A stretch of 64,000 bases of DNA from Rotaria socialis. Lineage: Eukaryota. The notes beneath the pieces were generated by a model that was given only the letters and a program-made list of their open reading frames with translations, had not been told where the DNA came from and made no database searches. Shown piece by piece: positions 62,669 to 64,000 of the stretch. Both the position numbers and the translations under genes were made by a program. Each line of letters begins with the position of its first letter. Positions within the stretch are counted from its first letter, which is position 1. The stretch lies in assembly GCA_905331295.1 (NCBI GenBank), contig CAJNYD010000073.1, forward strand, positions 1-64,000. The letters run 5' to 3'.

Positions 62669-63442
62669 CTTATAGCTACTGAATGAATTCTATAGCTACT
62701 TAATGAATCGCATAGCTATTGAATGAATATTATAGCTACTTAATGAAACGTATAGCTACTGAATGAATATCATTATATTGTTTTTAAGGCAAAATTCAAA
62801 CAAAACATTTTGTATTCACAACGTGAATGTATATAGAATTCATGAGAATAATCAAATATTTATGATACCAACATTATTAATGATATAAAGGAGCACGGAG
62901 ACTGAAAAAGGATGCACTAGCGAGAAAGTGAAATATGTAAGTGTTCATGTTTAGTTGACGATGAAATAATCGAAATACTTGAAATTTGAATTTCTATTAT
63001 ATTTCGGATTACTTTCAAATGTTCATGAGTTGATGTTGTTTTTATTATTATTAAGATTCATCATACTGTTTCTCAGATAAATTCAAGTAAAACAATTTGT
63101 ATTCATAATGTGAATCTGTATTTGATTCATTAGAATATTCAAATACTTATGATATTGGAGGTATTTATGATATAAAAGAGGAAGGGATCCGTAATAGGAT
63201 TTTTTGGAAAAAGATATGAAATCATATTAATAAGGTTTGTCTCTTCTTTGTAATATGGCTGAGATGCTTTTCTTTAAATTGATGTATAATCTTTGAAGAG
63301 GTACATGGACTTTCAATAAACGCGTGATCTTTGAATAATTATAGTAACGTTGGAAGCAGCTATACAATAATCAAGTAGCTATGAATTCATTAAATAGCTA
63401 TAAGAAATCATTAAGTAGTTATAGGAAACCAATAAGTAGCTA
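62669..63442. repeat. Element with inverted arrays of ~20-bp ATAGCTAC(T/G)AATGAA units and an internal ~100-bp direct duplication
   Basis: Five units at 62669-62768 and reverse-complement units at 63374-63442; 62793-62895 resembles 63080-63180. Confidence 0.6.
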
Positions 63443-64000
63443 TGGGTATTTTTTAAAAAGTATCTCTTTTGAGAAGCTACGAAATTATGATCAATTAGAA
63501 AATAGTTTGCTAAATATAACTCATAGAAAAACTCTATTATTCCAATTTCAACTAAATTTTCATGTCAACTGTAACATATACATTTCGACGCCATGAGTTA
63601 TTCAATGAAATAAAAGAGTTATCATCGTAGTTTATATTACATTGACTAGTCTTATCTGGATTAAATTTTTGAAATATAAGTATTTTATTTATATTTATTA
63701 AAGATTAATAAAGATAAATTAATATTTCTATTACCTTACGAGTACATCATGAAGCAAATAATTATTTTTTTTTGAATAATAGAATACTAGCGCAACTAAC
63801 TATTTTTTCCAAGCGAACGAACGACAAAGTATCTTATTTTAGAAGCATCTGTTCTTTTCTTTCAGCTTTATTCGTGTTTGTAAATTATTCGTTTCTCTTG
63901 ATTAACTCTTTCCCGTTTTTCTTTTTCCTCTCTCCTATGTCTATACTCTAACGAAAAAAAAAATATGTTGATATGTCAATACCGTTTAGCTAGCATGGTA

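Noticed and set aside
62669..62768. ~20-bp ATAGCTACTTAATGAA array as a CRISPR or iteron array
   Set aside because: Spacers are only a few bases long and the array is mirrored at 63374-63442, so subterminal repeats of a TE explain it better.

Overview
AT-rich eukaryotic (animal) genomic DNA. It most probably comes from a bdelloid rotifer, judging by the ~50-60 nt GT-AG introns, NHL-repeat, ART-TPR and GPCR family genes, microbial-type enzymes and TGTGGG repeats; this assignment is an inference from gene content. The window opens with a near full-length, three-lesion APE-RT LINE (12-5029). It then carries intact enzymes: an MDR dehydrogenase, an ACP6-like phosphatase, a PA-M28 aminopeptidase, a CE1 esterase, an alkaline ceramidase and a DUF924 protein. 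It also carries a B-box/coiled-coil-NHL gene, an ART-TPR gene, a duplicated mucin-like membrane gene pair, several recent pseudogenes (GPCR, CBM14-NHL, RING-kinase) and many MITEs and TE remnants. The most striking unexplained structure is about 17 short (45-150 bp) elements, plus half-sites, built as (GGGTGT)n-spacer-(ACACCC)n. These are head-to-head telomere-type repeats. Several sit exactly where genes, TE remnants or a local duplication are cut off, which suggests either telomerase-healed and re-fused break scars or an undescribed telomere-repeat-ended mini-element.
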